Shown: in pieces, positions 36,958 through 50,514 of the stretch
Numbering within the stretch: the stretch's first letter is position 1
Layout of the letters: each line of letters opens with the position of its first letter
NCBI RefSeq assembly: GCF_032062105.1
Contig: NW_026922157.1
Location: forward strand, 62,001 to 126,000
From: Saccostrea cucullata
Taxonomy: Eukaryota
Length of the DNA stretch: 64,000 nucleotides
Reading direction: 5' to 3'
The notes under the pieces: model-generated
Seen by the model: only the letters and a program-made list of their open reading frames with translations
Database searches by the model: none
Told to the model about the DNA's origin: nothing
Program-made: the position numbers and the translations under genes

Positions 36958-39101
36958 TGTCACTTGTTTGTTTATGACGGTAGACAATGTTCTATGTTCT
37001 ACTTCACTAGGATATTAGAAGGACATTAAGGTTAATTAATTATATCACAATGGCACATCAATAAACAATGTAGTCTCACTAAAACAGGATGTCATAGCTT
37101 GACAAAAGGTGTTATATGTTGTCATGCAGACATTGTGCAAGTTTTGAATTATAACAACGTAGTATAACTAAACAGTCATTTAAAATTCTAATCAGCATAG
37201 AAGATTGTCATCCACTCACAAATCCAGGTTCTTTAAGCATAAAATAAGGAAAACTACTTCGTCATTCCAAAACAAAAAGAGAGAAAAGTGTCTTTTACAT
37301 TTAAAATGTTGTCTATCATGAATTCCGGAAACAAACAGAGCTAATATTTGCCTTCGACTGCCAGTATGGTTTTAACATAAAACAAACTATTTTCTGTTAT
37401 TATTAAGATATTACTAGTAATTAAATGTAATAAAAGAGAATAATATTTGTTAGACTAGAAAACCAAAGTAAATTTTAACTAAAAATTCACTTTCAGCAAA
37501 ATTTTCTTCAGTGTAGTAACATATTGTACACTTTAATGCAAATGATAGTAAGAATTGACATTTTCTATTTTAAGTATCAAAACAGTTTCCATTGTAAATC
37601 AAACGTATTACTAAAGTAATGCAAGGTATTGTTTTTTTTACTATAAAAGTTAAACTAAAAATATGTCCTTTTTCAAAAATTTAGAGTACATTCTGTATGT
37701 ATATATTAGATACTTAACAGATTAGTTATATTTCTAGCAAAGATAGTCAAATAGTAATGTTGGGATTTAAATACAGTATCTCAGTTCTTAAAAATCTCCA
37801 AAAAAAATTTTAATCACTATTAAGGAAATATTGCACGATTGCATATATTCAAATTTATTTCTTTTACCTGCGCGACACAGGCACTTGTTAATGTAAAAAA
37901 AATGACCCAAAATAAAAAAAAAATTGTATTGTTATTATTATACTATGGGTCATTCATGTAAATGTATTACAGAGACAATTTCCTGACAGGTGCTATGAAA
38001 TTAAAGCAAATGCATCATAAAGATTAATAAAACTGTATTTCTTCTTAACAACCATAATTATTAAATGTAAACTTACCCAAAAAAAGGGTTTCATATGATA
38101 AAATCAATAGACAAAAAAAGATAGACAATTCTTTATAAATCAGAAATTGGAAACTGCAAAAAATCTTAAACAATCTTAAATACAATTAACAGATACTGCT
38201 AACGATAATATATTTTTATTAATAACATAAATTGTTCAATTAGTTCACTTGGAAAATTGCAAATATACTATTGATGTAAAAGTTAATAAGCACTGATTTA
38301 GAAAAAGAAGAGAGATGTCTGACTCAGTTTTATACTGTTAGATCATTCGTCGTTTTGCACTACATTTTTCAATAGTTTTAAAACATAAAGATAGAAATTT
38401 AAAGACAGTTCCAATAATGTCTTTTTGTATGTTTTCAACTTTAAGAAGACTGGGGGTCAACAAATTAAGCATAAGATATAACTTATTTTTGCCCCTCTTT
38501 TACATGTAATGAAATTCAATTTAGTCTAAAAATGGTAACAACTACCAGACCCTCTTATTACCATGTGCAGGTTTGTCTCCCTTGTGTAATCTAATCTGTG
38601 AACACTAAACTTTCGGACAAGTGAATATCTTTATTCCGGACAAGTGCATATATCTGTATTGACCTTTACTTTAAATATTGTGGTATAACATTTTCTTGCA
38701 TTGGCGTAAATCTCTTTATGGTTTGCAAGGAAAAAAAAAAACTGACTATACTTTTTGAAGTTGTATATTGACATTAACATGTAGATTATATATAAAAATA
38801 AAGAAGATATTTCCAGTCTGTAAGATTTTTTTCATTACTTTTTATTAAATAATGACATCATATTAATCAAAATCTATCAGTGCATTCTATAACATACAAG
38901 TTTATACAAAATGATGGATCATTATTGATTAGCTGTTTATATGTTCTATAGCACATGTAAAATACGCTAATGTAGATGTTCTTTTATTTTTGTAACTATA
39001 AATGTTGAAATATTTCTCTAATTTGGTTTAAGAGTAAACTTTTCTGTGTTGTGGATTGTAAATAATATCCACAATTTATAGTCTTTATCTTGGTACCCGA
39101 A

Positions 39102-40611
39102 TCACACTGTCGAATTAGTTACAGGGTTTTTGAAAATGATCTTTGTTTGCTCTGAAATACCGAACACACTTATTATAACATTAATTATGATAGAAATAAA
39201 TACAAGTCCCATAACGGCATCGTCAATTCTGTTCGCACGTAACTCGTTGGCTTCATCCCCCTCTAGAGTTCCCATAAACAAAATCAACATCCCCACCGTG
39301 ATCTGTACTACAATGGAGAATATCAGAAAAATCAACACCACATAGTAGTACACCCCCTTGGCCCAATAATGCCTAGGTCACATTTCCCCGGTGGTAATCG
39401 TTGGTAATCCGTGATGTTAACGATGCCCTAACATCGGTCCACATCGGCCTAGTAGTCTTTACAGAATCAGTCACATTATCCAACGATGGGTATTCGATGG
39501 GTAACCAATGCCTTTTATGATAAAAATGTCGTGGTTGCCGGCCAGACTTTCATAGGCCCAGCGAAGCATTGCTAATCATGAAACGGTGTTCCAGGATAAT
39601 CGGCCGATGTATATTACATCGCTCATACATTGGTGAACATCGTTTGAACATCGGTTGACTACAGGCCAATGTTTGGTCGAACATCGACCAATGATCGGGC
39701 GTTATCTGTTGGACACCAGTCAACCTCCCGATGACTTCAGATTCAAGGGATATTGGACGATGCTCGGCCATACATCGGCCGATCCTTGAAAGATCTGTTA
39801 ATGGTGGGTTGCCCATGAGGAGCGATGTGAGGCATCTTTGGAGACATGGCTGAATTTTATCTACGAATTTTTTACTACCGATGACCCCACCGATTCGCAA
39901 AAAAGACTCAGTCACCATCTGATCACTAGTGGTGCCCGGCCGGCAACCAGGCCATTTTCATCACAAAACGCATCTTTTTCTCATCGTATATCCCATCGCT
40001 GGATAATGTGACTGATACTTAAGCCTTTCAGCTGAGAGGCGTTGGCGACCAATAAACCAATATCCAGAAGGCCCTCCGCCACTGTCTTCTTCCGCTCGTG
40101 CACGTGAGGGTCACTATTCTGTATAAAACATTTAAAAATATTATGGTATTTTTTGGTCCTTTTTTACAACTTGAGAGCTAATTTTTACAATTGGCTAATC
40201 TATTCGTATAAATCATGTGCAAAATGGCATAAACGAAGGATTTTCCTTCTTTGAAATATTTTTTCTCACTCAACGTACTGAACTTACACACAATTTTACA
40301 AGATATTCTTTAATGAAAATAAAAGTCGTATTAGATGTTCAGGGGTTTTGAAAAGATATGGTAAAAATATTCAAAAACAATATGCAAAAAATACTAAAAG
40401 TGTCCCCTAGAAGTTGTTTCATCCGATTTGTTTTTTTTAAATGTGTACATATATACAGACACCTACAGAGCACTTAGGCACCTCAAGTATTGGAACACTT
40501 CAACTCCACGTGGCGTATATGTCCCTAAACTTTTTAGTATATGTAAAGAAGCCAAACCTTTTCTGTAGATTTTTCAACTTCTGCAGGATTCTCGATTTCT
40601 TTGTCAGACAT
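39102..40611 (-). pseudogene. second ninjurin paralog, disrupted
   Basis: Exon 1 is 40611-40558 (MSDKEIENPAEVEKSTEK). Exon 2 starts at 40118 (VHERKKTVAEGLLDIGLLVANASQLKGL), is split by a 650-bp MITE and resumes at 39369. An extra ~8-nt deletion near 39353 shifts the frame before YYYVVLIFLIFSIVVQITVG. Confidence 0.88.
39370..40019. mobile_element. PIF/Harbinger-like MITE inserted in ninjurin exon 2
   Basis: TAA is duplicated at 39367-39369 and 40020-40022. Both ends have GTCACATT 7 nt from the terminus. There is an ~80-bp inverted repeat, 39466-39548 vs 39932-40019. Confidence 0.8.
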
Positions 40612-40729
40612 TTTCAATATTAATAGATGAAGTAAATTTTCTTAACACTTATATATGAAAAGGATATTATTGTACGTCTTCTGTAAGATTAAAATCTCAT
40701 TACAATTACGGTAAATTCGTTCAACATAT

Positions 40730-41995
40730 TGTAATGACCTGGGGTAGAAATTAATTAATTAGTTATTTTTTTTATGATTTAATTTTGTCAACATTTATTG
40801 GAATATTATCTGCGTGGATTTTATTATGCATGAACGACACTACTACATTTCAGTCCTTTGATTATTTACTCAACGTGGTATTGTCTATTTTTAGCACATT
40901 TGGCATACTTGTTGTTTGCATTTATACAGGAAATATTATATTTTATGAATTCATGTGCATACTTTCAGAATCTTTGCATGTTGCTGTATTTTACTTGATT
41001 ATTTATGAGTCAAATAAGCGCTTGACATAGCCATAATTGCACTCGATTGTTGGAGTCATGGAAGTTGTTTACATCCCGCCGACATCTTATTTGTATCAGC
41101 CAGAGTTTCGTATTTGAGCAAGTTGTATTTTGTTATGCAATCCAGTGTTATAATTGCTTGTGAATATCCACAAAACTAATGTTTGAATATGTTTTACTAA
41201 GATTTATCGAAGGATTTTTTTGTTAAACGTGATTTTATGGTAGTTACACATTTTTACTATGACAGTGCTATTTGAATATCGTCTGCTATACGATTGCAGT
41301 TTTCTATCATGAAATACGCGTTTAATTCACATGGATTGTTTACTTACTTATTATAGACACATCTTTTGTAATCCATATTTATTGGTTATTTTGTCTTTTC
41401 TCATTTTAATTCCGTTTTGTAGTTATTATCCTCATTGTACGACAGCCTTGTTTGACACTGTTTGACAGATCTCTGTTTGTACGGCGCCGTACAGCGCTGC
41501 GATTGGTTGAGTGACACCGTACAGCTTTTTCATTGGTTAATTTGTATCACATGACTATTTCCGAAGGTTTTAAATATAAGTGCCTCGCCAGTCTCTGGCA
41601 GATAAGTTGCACAAGCAACATCGCAGGATCGTAGCCTAAACCTAGGTGAGACAACTGTAAATTATCTCCCCACACACTGGACACCTGATGTTATATTTTT
41701 AGAGCTTTTTAATGTCAAATCAACTTTATTTGCCATTTTTATCCTTGAAAGTACGGTTGACAATGTGGGACAAAATGAATATTAATTATCTATATGTATC
41801 CAATATAGATGTTTGTTTACCTACTGTTATTTCCTGTTGAATGATCAATTAATAAACCAAATATTAAACTGATACCAAGTCTTGTCCTTACTCAGAAATA
41901 TGAAGCAAGAAATAAGGAGTGACCTTGAGAAGTATTGTTGTGTTATTATTTTGTATAGCCCCCATTCCAGGATGGCCATCCGTGGGGAGCTTACA
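40730..41995 (+). mobile_element. solo LTR (1266 bp)
   Basis: TGTAA...TTACA termini with 4-bp TSD ATAT (40726-40729, 41996-41999). Two ATTGG boxes (~41502, ~41533), TATA-like TTTAAATATAAG (~41570) and AATAAA (41851). Confidence 0.8.
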
Positions 41996-42427
41996 ATATA
42001 ATAACAGGAAGTCATAGATGGCGTGAAACATATTGGAGAAATGTTATTGCTATCCTGTAATTTGTTAATTAGGCACGGAAATAAATGAAATTATAATACC
42101 AACATAGCTCTGTCGGTAGAGCAACTGAGCAGGGGTCTTGTTGTGCCAATCTTGTCCTTAAGAAGAAAAATGAGCATTTTTTTGTAAAAAAAAAAGTTTT
42201 TCCTATGACTTACCGGCTTAGAAAATAAAAGTATATTTAAACTCCAATATCTTATATTTAACTCCAATATCTTAATTTATATTTGATTTATTAAAAAAAT
42301 AGGGTAAAAAGGATCTAACGAGTTATTCAATGGAGGTTATTATACAAAACAAACAGAACTGCATCAATTTTCCGTTACAATCATAAAAACTTTAAGACAC
42401 AGATCTTAAACGACTTACATCCTTACT

Positions 42428-42775
42428 TATTATGCCCCCGCTTGAAAAGCGGGAGGTATAATAGTAATCGTTAATTCCGTCCGTCCGTCCGTCCGTCTGT
42501 CCGTCTGTACGTCCGTCTGTCTGTCCGTCTGTTACACTTTAGGGTACCAATCTCTTATCCACAACTCCTCTTATACCACTGAGCGAAATTTGATGAAACT
42601 TTCACAGAATCTTTATTACATATTGCCATTGTGCACCTCCTATTTTACTTTTTGATCTGACACATATTTTGGGTTTCCCGGCCACGGCAAAACATGGACT
42701 TTGTCATCAGTTATAACGATATGGGAGGCGGGGGGTATCATTTTGTGAGCTCATTGCTCATAGTACCTCTAGATT
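42428..42775 (+). mobile_element. well-preserved short HINE/pearl-like (Helentron-associated) element; related copies at ~18400-18660, 20575-20910, 22740-23020, 43225-43660 (-), 45095-46022
   Basis: 5' TATTATGCCCCCGC with adjacent inverted GCGGGAGGTATAATA, a (GTCC/GTCT)n tract, 3' GCGGGGGGTATCAT and hairpin TGTGAGCTCATTGCTCATA. Confidence 0.8.
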
Positions 42776-45700
42776 TATTTTCAGTTTGTGTTGAATTTCT
42801 CTTTTTTTCCTCTCAAATCGCCAGTGTTTAGTTACAAAGGAATATTAAAGATACTGTTTTCATTATGCCATAATGCTAACCGTCTGACACGAAGAACACA
42901 GGGAAACACATCTTATCATCTTGCACCCTGAGATTTTTTATTCCCTTATATGTCTTTCACTTTCTCTGATTTAATAAATATTCACGTTGCTACACATAAG
43001 AGGCATTTTATAATCAAGTTCAAGTTGATTTTCTGTATGTTATAAAAAAAGAAAAAAAAGACACTGGGTCTCACCGAAGGACTCATAACTTTCACTTCAA
43101 TGGCGCGAGCGCTTGGTGAAAGAAAAGTAGCTACCCATATTTTATCGACTTAGGTCAAGACTAAAGACTATTAGTCAGTTGAATTATTGAACATAGCGAA
43201 AATTGTCAATCTAGAACAAGAGGCATTGTCAGAACCAAACTCACTATAGGTAGATTCTACCTCTCCCATATCATTATAGTGGCAAAGTTTGCTCTGGGAA
43301 ATCCGAAACAAGTGTCAAATAAAGGGAAATAGGAGGTGCACGATGGTATTAAGAAATAAAGGAAATGTGAAAGTATACATCAATTCAATTCAAGGGGGTG
43401 GGGTTGCAGAAGAGCGAAGGACACCCTTAGATATGATAGAACGAATGGAAGAGTTCATATTGTGTTATGAGATACACAAAATCCGTGTCAGATTAAAAAG
43501 TAGAATGAGAGGTGCATAACAACACTAAGTAACACATATTCGGTGAAAATCGTATAAAAGTTTGCTTTGTTGTAAAAGAGGAGTTGCAGATAAAAGATGG
43601 TTACCCCAAAGCATAATAGGTGGATGAACATTTCGAACATTATATACCCATCCACTTTACACAAATCTACACAGTGATTAAGTCAATGCTATAGAAGCAA
43701 TGCACATAAAATCACGTCCATTTTACTCTTATTTGTTTAGAAACTTTTTAGTACAATTTTTTTTATGTTTTATTTTGAGCTTTTTTTTATGTTTTAAGTA
43801 ATTACATAGTACTTAAGAGACAGCAATTGAGGACATTATTTCACTCCATGTCTTTATTTATTATATACCACTCAAGAAAAACAATTAAAGAAATTATTTC
43901 ACTTGATATATGAGAACTTCATGGTATTTGTAAGAAAAATAACAGTAGTAAGTAATTTTGTGCTCAATGTTTATTTGTGCTTGAAACTGGCTTCATTCAT
44001 TTGATTGTGAACAATTAAGTTTTAGTATAAATTAAAAAGATTCAACATACGAGGGGGTATCAAAAGCTCGTTGATTAGCGCTATAAAATTTGAACCTCTT
44101 AAGATACATCAATAAAATTTAAGATATAAAGTTATCGTCATTTTTCATATATATAGAATGAACCATTAACCACAAATCATAATTTTTATTTTTTGATAAA
44201 TAAGCAATGTTTTTGAAAGCAATTGTACCAGGCGGCGCAACTTCACAAACAACGTTTTTTGAACCTAAGTGTAATTGAGAAAAAATCTTTTGAACATTAG
44301 ACATCAAAAACCCTGTTGATATTAACTTGAAGGTATGTGATGAGACACTTTTGTTCTATAAAATGTGGAATTTTAATCTGGTTTTGGAAGTTTTGCAAAA
44401 TTTTATCATAAATTTTACATGGAATTCCAAACAAATAAGGCCTTGAAAATGGCTTCAAAAAGGGCGAATTTCCTTTTCCAACATTGTATTGAGTTTTGTC
44501 CTTGAAAAAAAAAACTGGTAAGGACATGAGAATTTTTTTAACTGGCTACTGCGGAATACTATGCACTCAGAGTACTTGTTTCTTAATGCCAAAATATACG
44601 AGTATGCAGAGAGAAAAAGGATGCACAATTAATGTCGATTTGTATTCAAGGTCTGAAAAATTAATTGCGTCAAACAATGACGTTGATCATATGGCATATA
44701 TTGAAGTGCAGAAAGCAAATTATGCTGGCACAAGCAAGTGAGGATCTCTCATATTTATAAATCCATTTGGAATATTATGTGCATTGATTTGATCCAAAAG
44801 CCTGAATAAAGTATTAATTTTTGTGTGTGACAGTTAAAACTTGATTTTTAAAAAAAAAAATCATTTTGTATCTTTATGTGACAAGATTACCAAATTATAA
44901 TTTAATTAAACTATTGTTTGTTGTTACCCTATAAATATCATTACCACCTTTCAAGTTTGACATCTCGGCGTGTCAGTCGTCTATTGCTTTGAGGTAAACG
45001 CAATAAAATTTATTGCACGCTAAAAGATTTCTGAATAAAGTATTAATTTTTGTGTGTGATTGTTTTGATACAAATAAAAAACTCGAAATTTCTTTCATTA
45101 TACACTCGCTTGAAAATTGGGAGGGTATACCGGAACACGCGATTACGTAATCTCGTCCGTCCCTGTTGAATTTTATATACACACTGCAACTCCTCTTATA
45201 CCACTGAGTGAAATTTAATGAAACATTCCTGCCAAATTATAATTTAATTAAACTATTGTTTGTTGTTACCCTATAAATAACATGGACACCATTACCTTTC
45301 TAGAGTTTGAGATTTGGCGGCGTGTAACAGATACCACGAGTCATTCCTCTTTACAGTATATATACAAAACATGCAATCAAGCATGGCAATTGAGGTTGGT
45401 CACAATACCTGTTAAAAATAAAATTTAACATGTACCACCGTTTACCCGGTAAAGGTAATGTTTCTTTCGTATGCATGCATTGTTTTGACTACAAAAGTCA
45501 AATAAACTCAAAATTTCTTTCATTATGCATTTGTGAAAATTGGGAGGGTACAAAATATATGAGAAACGTCCTTCCTAAAGATGAAAAATGCAAAACAATT
45601 TTTATTAAACGTTATGTCATTTTTTTTTTAGTGCTCCGTCTGTAATGTTAAGCTTTGGGGTACAGAAGACCAACATGTTCCGATCTGCAACTCAAGATTC

Positions 45701-46331
45701 ACAACTTATACCTCTGAATGAAATTTAATGAAACATTCATAGAACCTTAATTACATATTTGAATTGTACACCTCCTATTTTAATTTTTGAGAAGACTACG
45801 TAATCTTTTAATTTTTTTCCATAGCAAAAAAGAGAATGTTGTTATTTAAATTTTTCCTTTTATCGTTACCACGTGAGATAAAGGCGGCTTCTGTACATGT
45901 AACATTAGCCAATTTCTTTGATGTTTTTTCCTCGTTTTTATACGTATATATAGCAAAGCATGGACGTTATGAGAGGCGGGTGTATCATTCAGTGAGCTCA
46001 TTGCTCACGGTACCTCTATAGTTAAAAATAAAATTTAACATTGTATCACGTCCGTGTGATTGCAACACTACGTTAAAGGTGACGAATGCTTACTTATGTA
46101 CAGGTATGCTATTTTGTTTCCATGCTTGACTAACCAAAAAGTCAAATACGAGGGTGGATAAAAAGAATATTGTCTTCTTGCATTTGTAAAAATTTCGTTG
46201 CTTTTTAAATACAAAATATATGAGAAACGTCCTTCCTAAAGATGAAAAATGCAAAACGATTTTTATTAAACGTGATGTCATTTTTTTTAGTATTTATTTG
46301 AATGTCGGTATAATTTTTTTTCGTGCTCCAG

Positions 46332-46505
46332 GTACTGTGTAATTCAAGATGTTGGGACTTAGACCGCGACAGAAGACCAACATGTTCCGACCTAGTCGGT
46401 GAATTGACAAGATTCACAACTCCATCCTCAGATGATAATTATCTGGAACCCTCTTTTACATATGAGCGACCTCAGAATACTTATGTCATGTTGAATAGAG
46501 AATAG
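46332..46505 (+). pseudogene. orphan terminal exon of a receptor tyrosine kinase (subdomain XI + tyrosine tail)
   Basis: A polypyrimidine-CAG acceptor precedes SRCWDLDRDRRPTCSDLVGEL...DDNYLEPSFTYERPQNTYVML*, with AATAAA at ~46586. No upstream kinase exons were found. Confidence 0.7.
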
Positions 46506-49482
46506 ACTACCTCGACCTTCACTGAGAAAGCTAATCAATAATTGTTGAGAAGCCTATTTAATCTTTTAATTTTTTTCCAATAAGCAATAAAAGAGAATGT
46601 TGTTATTTAAACATTTTCATTTTATCGTTACCACGTGTATGTAAAGGACCATTACATGTACATGTAATATTAGCCAAATTCTTTGATGTTTTTATGCTTC
46701 TATAATGTTTTTAAACTTTTTATTTCTGAATTAAAACAAGACATTGTTTTCTTTCAATATTTAATTAGGGACCAAATTACACGTATTAGCTTCGCCCATA
46801 ACTATGTACATTAAATGTTAACTAATCCAGAATTTCGGGATGTTATAGACCATCTCCCTCATCCCTCTAGATCAATGCATGTGGACAAGAAGTAAATAAG
46901 AAATGGACTCCTCGAACATTATAAATGAGCCTTCTTGCATTGCTTTCAAGATGTTTTATTGTATGTGTACTTAAAAAAAGCGGGCTTTATATCTTAGCGG
47001 CTTCGTCGCAGACAGCGATGCACTAATTCATGAATAAATGAATACGATATTATGTTTTTTTTTATTTACTTGCTTCGATCTGCCATTTTTTCAGGCCTTG
47101 AAACTAGCCCAATTTCTATTTCAATTTGCAATATATGCCTATATAAATGTGTGTATATACATGTATATCTCCATTTTAAATGTGTTTTTTTTTTCAAATT
47201 CACTTTTGAGCAAAAATTTTAATTTAAAATGGGTTGTCACTTAGAGCATTTACTAGTAGTTCAACTGTGTCGATCCGCATACGCTCTAAAGGTGAACGCT
47301 AAAAATGTACATTGCAAGTGCGGTATTAGTTACACGATATTACTCTGACATAATTACACATTATTGATCCTCGTGGAGTAGAAAATCTTAAGTTAATTGT
47401 ATTTAAGTACATGTACTAGTAAATGGTACACTTACATTTTCCTTCTTTGTTTCCCTGGTGGCATCTTCAAAATATTTTGCAAAACTGACATTTTTTGTTC
47501 TGATCGGTGAATGAATCGCATTAAATTTTGCCTGTTTGTAATGTGAGTTAAAGTATTCCGCTACAAAGCATTAACATTTGTATTTAATGGTGATTACTCC
47601 CTACTATCTGTATCAAATCGTACGTACATGTATCAGCTTGATCGTGAGCAGTAAGAACACGCAAAACGGAACACAGGTACACATGTATTATCAGAACATA
47701 AGACATAACAACGCATCGCAAACAAATAACATGCCTGTCCTGTCCGAGGTCAATAATCAAGATCTAAAAGTCAGATTAGATGCAATTATGTAACGATGCA
47801 ATTGAGGTTATTTACTTTGCAATACGGTCTGATGTGACGATAATGATCAAAATCTAATTGTGTTAATCGAAGAAAAATATTGACAGTCCAAAATAGATCA
47901 CACAATCAACACGATCGCCACGAGGGAACACAAGACTAAGTTGCATTTTGATTATATACATGTTACACTACATATTCACCGGTTTGACACCATATTTACT
48001 GAAGAGTTAGTGCGCATGAAGAAGCATTGTGACGTCCAAGCAATACCTCAAAACAACGTTGAAAACAATGGTTGCAACAGTCGGAGTAAGCTGCATATTT
48101 TAGAAGGAAAATTGGTAAGCAAATTCATTGCAACACAATTAAGATATGTCCAGACATTCCAATGTCATTATTACGGCGAAAGGATTACGCGGATGATATA
48201 AAAAGTGACTTGTTGACTTTTTTTCCTAGAAGTAACTTCGTTAATGAAAAGTGAATCGTCAGGCAGGCAGTTAAACAATCAAATGCACTCAAAATATGAA
48301 GTACATGTAGTGTTAGTATTTGTTTTTACTTATTTTAAGTAATATGATTACTTAATTTGATTGTTAATAACTAACTATGATTGCGAATTACTAAGGTATA
48401 CTAAGTACATGTTTGAAAATTTATATTAATTTACTTACAATTCAATATTATAGGTAAATCGATTACTTAAAGTATACTTAAAGTATATTAGAATTCATTT
48501 TAAAAAAGTTAATTTCAAATTCTATTGTTGCAAGGAATCAAAATAACTAAAACTGCAACTTAATATTTGTTTGTATTTACTATATATTTTTAATTTTTTT
48601 ACTTGTAATATCTAAAGTATGTATGTCAAAACTTGTAAATAATTTCCAACAATGTTTTTACTTGAGACGAAATATTCTCCTGCTCCAAATTTCATCATTT
48701 TTTTTTCATTCCAAACATTGATTTTTATCGAGAACAATAGCAGTAAGTGAAAGTTTATGTTCGAATATAAGTATAAGATTTGAATATTTGTTTATTAACG
48801 AATGATAAACAAATTTTGAAAAAGAACAATTCTAAACTGGACCTGTAGAGTAAGTAAATTAGAGTTTATATTTCAAAAGGCTAGTCAGGTCAACACACCT
48901 TCAAAAACTCGCACTGAGCCATATAATTCTTTTAATTGTTAATGTACTGGTATTGTGAAAAATGTTTCAAAAAGTAATCAGACAATAGATATTTCATAAG
49001 TTGAAATGTACACTGAAGTAAATACAAATTACTTATGATATAGATGAAGAGACGTTTCTTTTTTATTTTTTATATAATTAGTAGGTTTCTTAAATTCATA
49101 TAAGACACACTGCATTTTTGTGTGAGTATTTCCTGTTCTTCAGTAGCATTAGTACATATTTCAAGAGAATTTATTGCTCAAAACTTCCTGTTTAGCAATG
49201 ATATTACATACATACTACATGTAGTTGAGGAACTGGAATGCAAGAAAATATATTCTATTGCTAAAAAAAAACTTCCGGTATTCCAAATATTTTTTTTTTC
49301 GTATGTGATCTTGAGATATATATTTGTCACTTGGCCTAAACCCGACTTTCATTGAAGGAAAAGTAGTGAGTATCTTCTGAAAATTCTATGTGTCATTTTT
49401 CCTTAAATTTCTAAATACGTTCAGGCACAAAGAAGTTAAACAGTTTTTATTTTTTTTCTAAATTATTATCCATTGTACATGC

Positions 49483-49726
49483 AGTACATATCAAGCAAAT
49501 TACTTACTTAGCTTGACCTGTCATCTCCCTAAAATGACACAGTTTGTACACAGTGAGAGGCTGATCAAGTCACATTTTGTACAATGAAAAAATTCTTTTG
49601 TGTATGTAGTACATATCAAGCAAATTACTTACTTAGCTTGACCTGTCATCTCCCTAAAATGACACAGTTTGTACACAGTGAGAGGCTGATCAAGTCACAT
49701 TTTGTACAAAGATAAAATTCTTTTGT
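49483..49726. repeat. near-perfect tandem duplication, 125-bp period
   Basis: AGTACATATCAAGC...CACATTTTGTACAA is identical at 49483 and 49608. Confidence 0.95.
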
Positions 49727-50514
49727 TCTCAAATGAAATATTATTTGCATTTGTATAAAAGGCAGTTAACTTAGATGACATGTCTATTTTACTATTTCAT
49801 TTATATACTGTCTGTATTTCCTCCAGAGAAGTGATTCTGTCGTGTATTTGTATGCAGATTCATTGAAAAAGTAACAGAAGGGCCCTATTAAATATATTAA
49901 TTGCAAGAGCATACTTTCAAGGTATACACATAAACTCAAGACGCATTAAGATTTTTGAAAAAAAAAGCTGCGAACCTCGTGAAGTCTTGCAAATAAATCC
50001 ATTATAGCTATATTTAATGTAGCTGACCAGCAAAATATCCAACCTGTCGTGCAACAAATTAAATTTTAACAAGTAAATAAGGGAATCTATATAGGTTTGC
50101 AGCACTTTCAAAAAGTACATATAGTGTTAAAAGGAATTTTAAATCAAACTAAGATTTTTAACCTAGCTATGCCCTTTCAATATTGGAATTTATAGACGAC
50201 CTTAAAACTGCAAGTATAATTGCTAAAATTGTGAGACCCCGACATCACGTGACAAGTCTGAATAAAAAATTAAATGTCCCCAACTTTAAGATTTGAATCA
50301 CAATAATACATTTTTTTTTACATATCAGTGAAGTCCTAAAAAGAATCGCCCATCGTCGTAAAGTATGTATATTTTATCTTAAAAAAGCGCCGATATTTCC
50401 ATTTGTAACCTTGACTGTACTGCATAATATGATATCTGTATTGCACTAACAGATTAATCATATGTTTCATTTTTATTTTGAAGAGGTTTTACAAGCGAAA
50501 AATAAACCTGAAGA

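Noticed and set aside
39550-39918. 122-aa ORF inside the MITE as a possible transposase or cargo gene
   Set aside because: No DDE or Myb-like motifs; it is explained by GC-richer repetitive CATCGG content.
44049-44760. Mariner transposase gene
   Set aside because: A TACGAGGG terminus and faint similarity suggest a relic, but I found no matching TIR or convincing DDD motifs.
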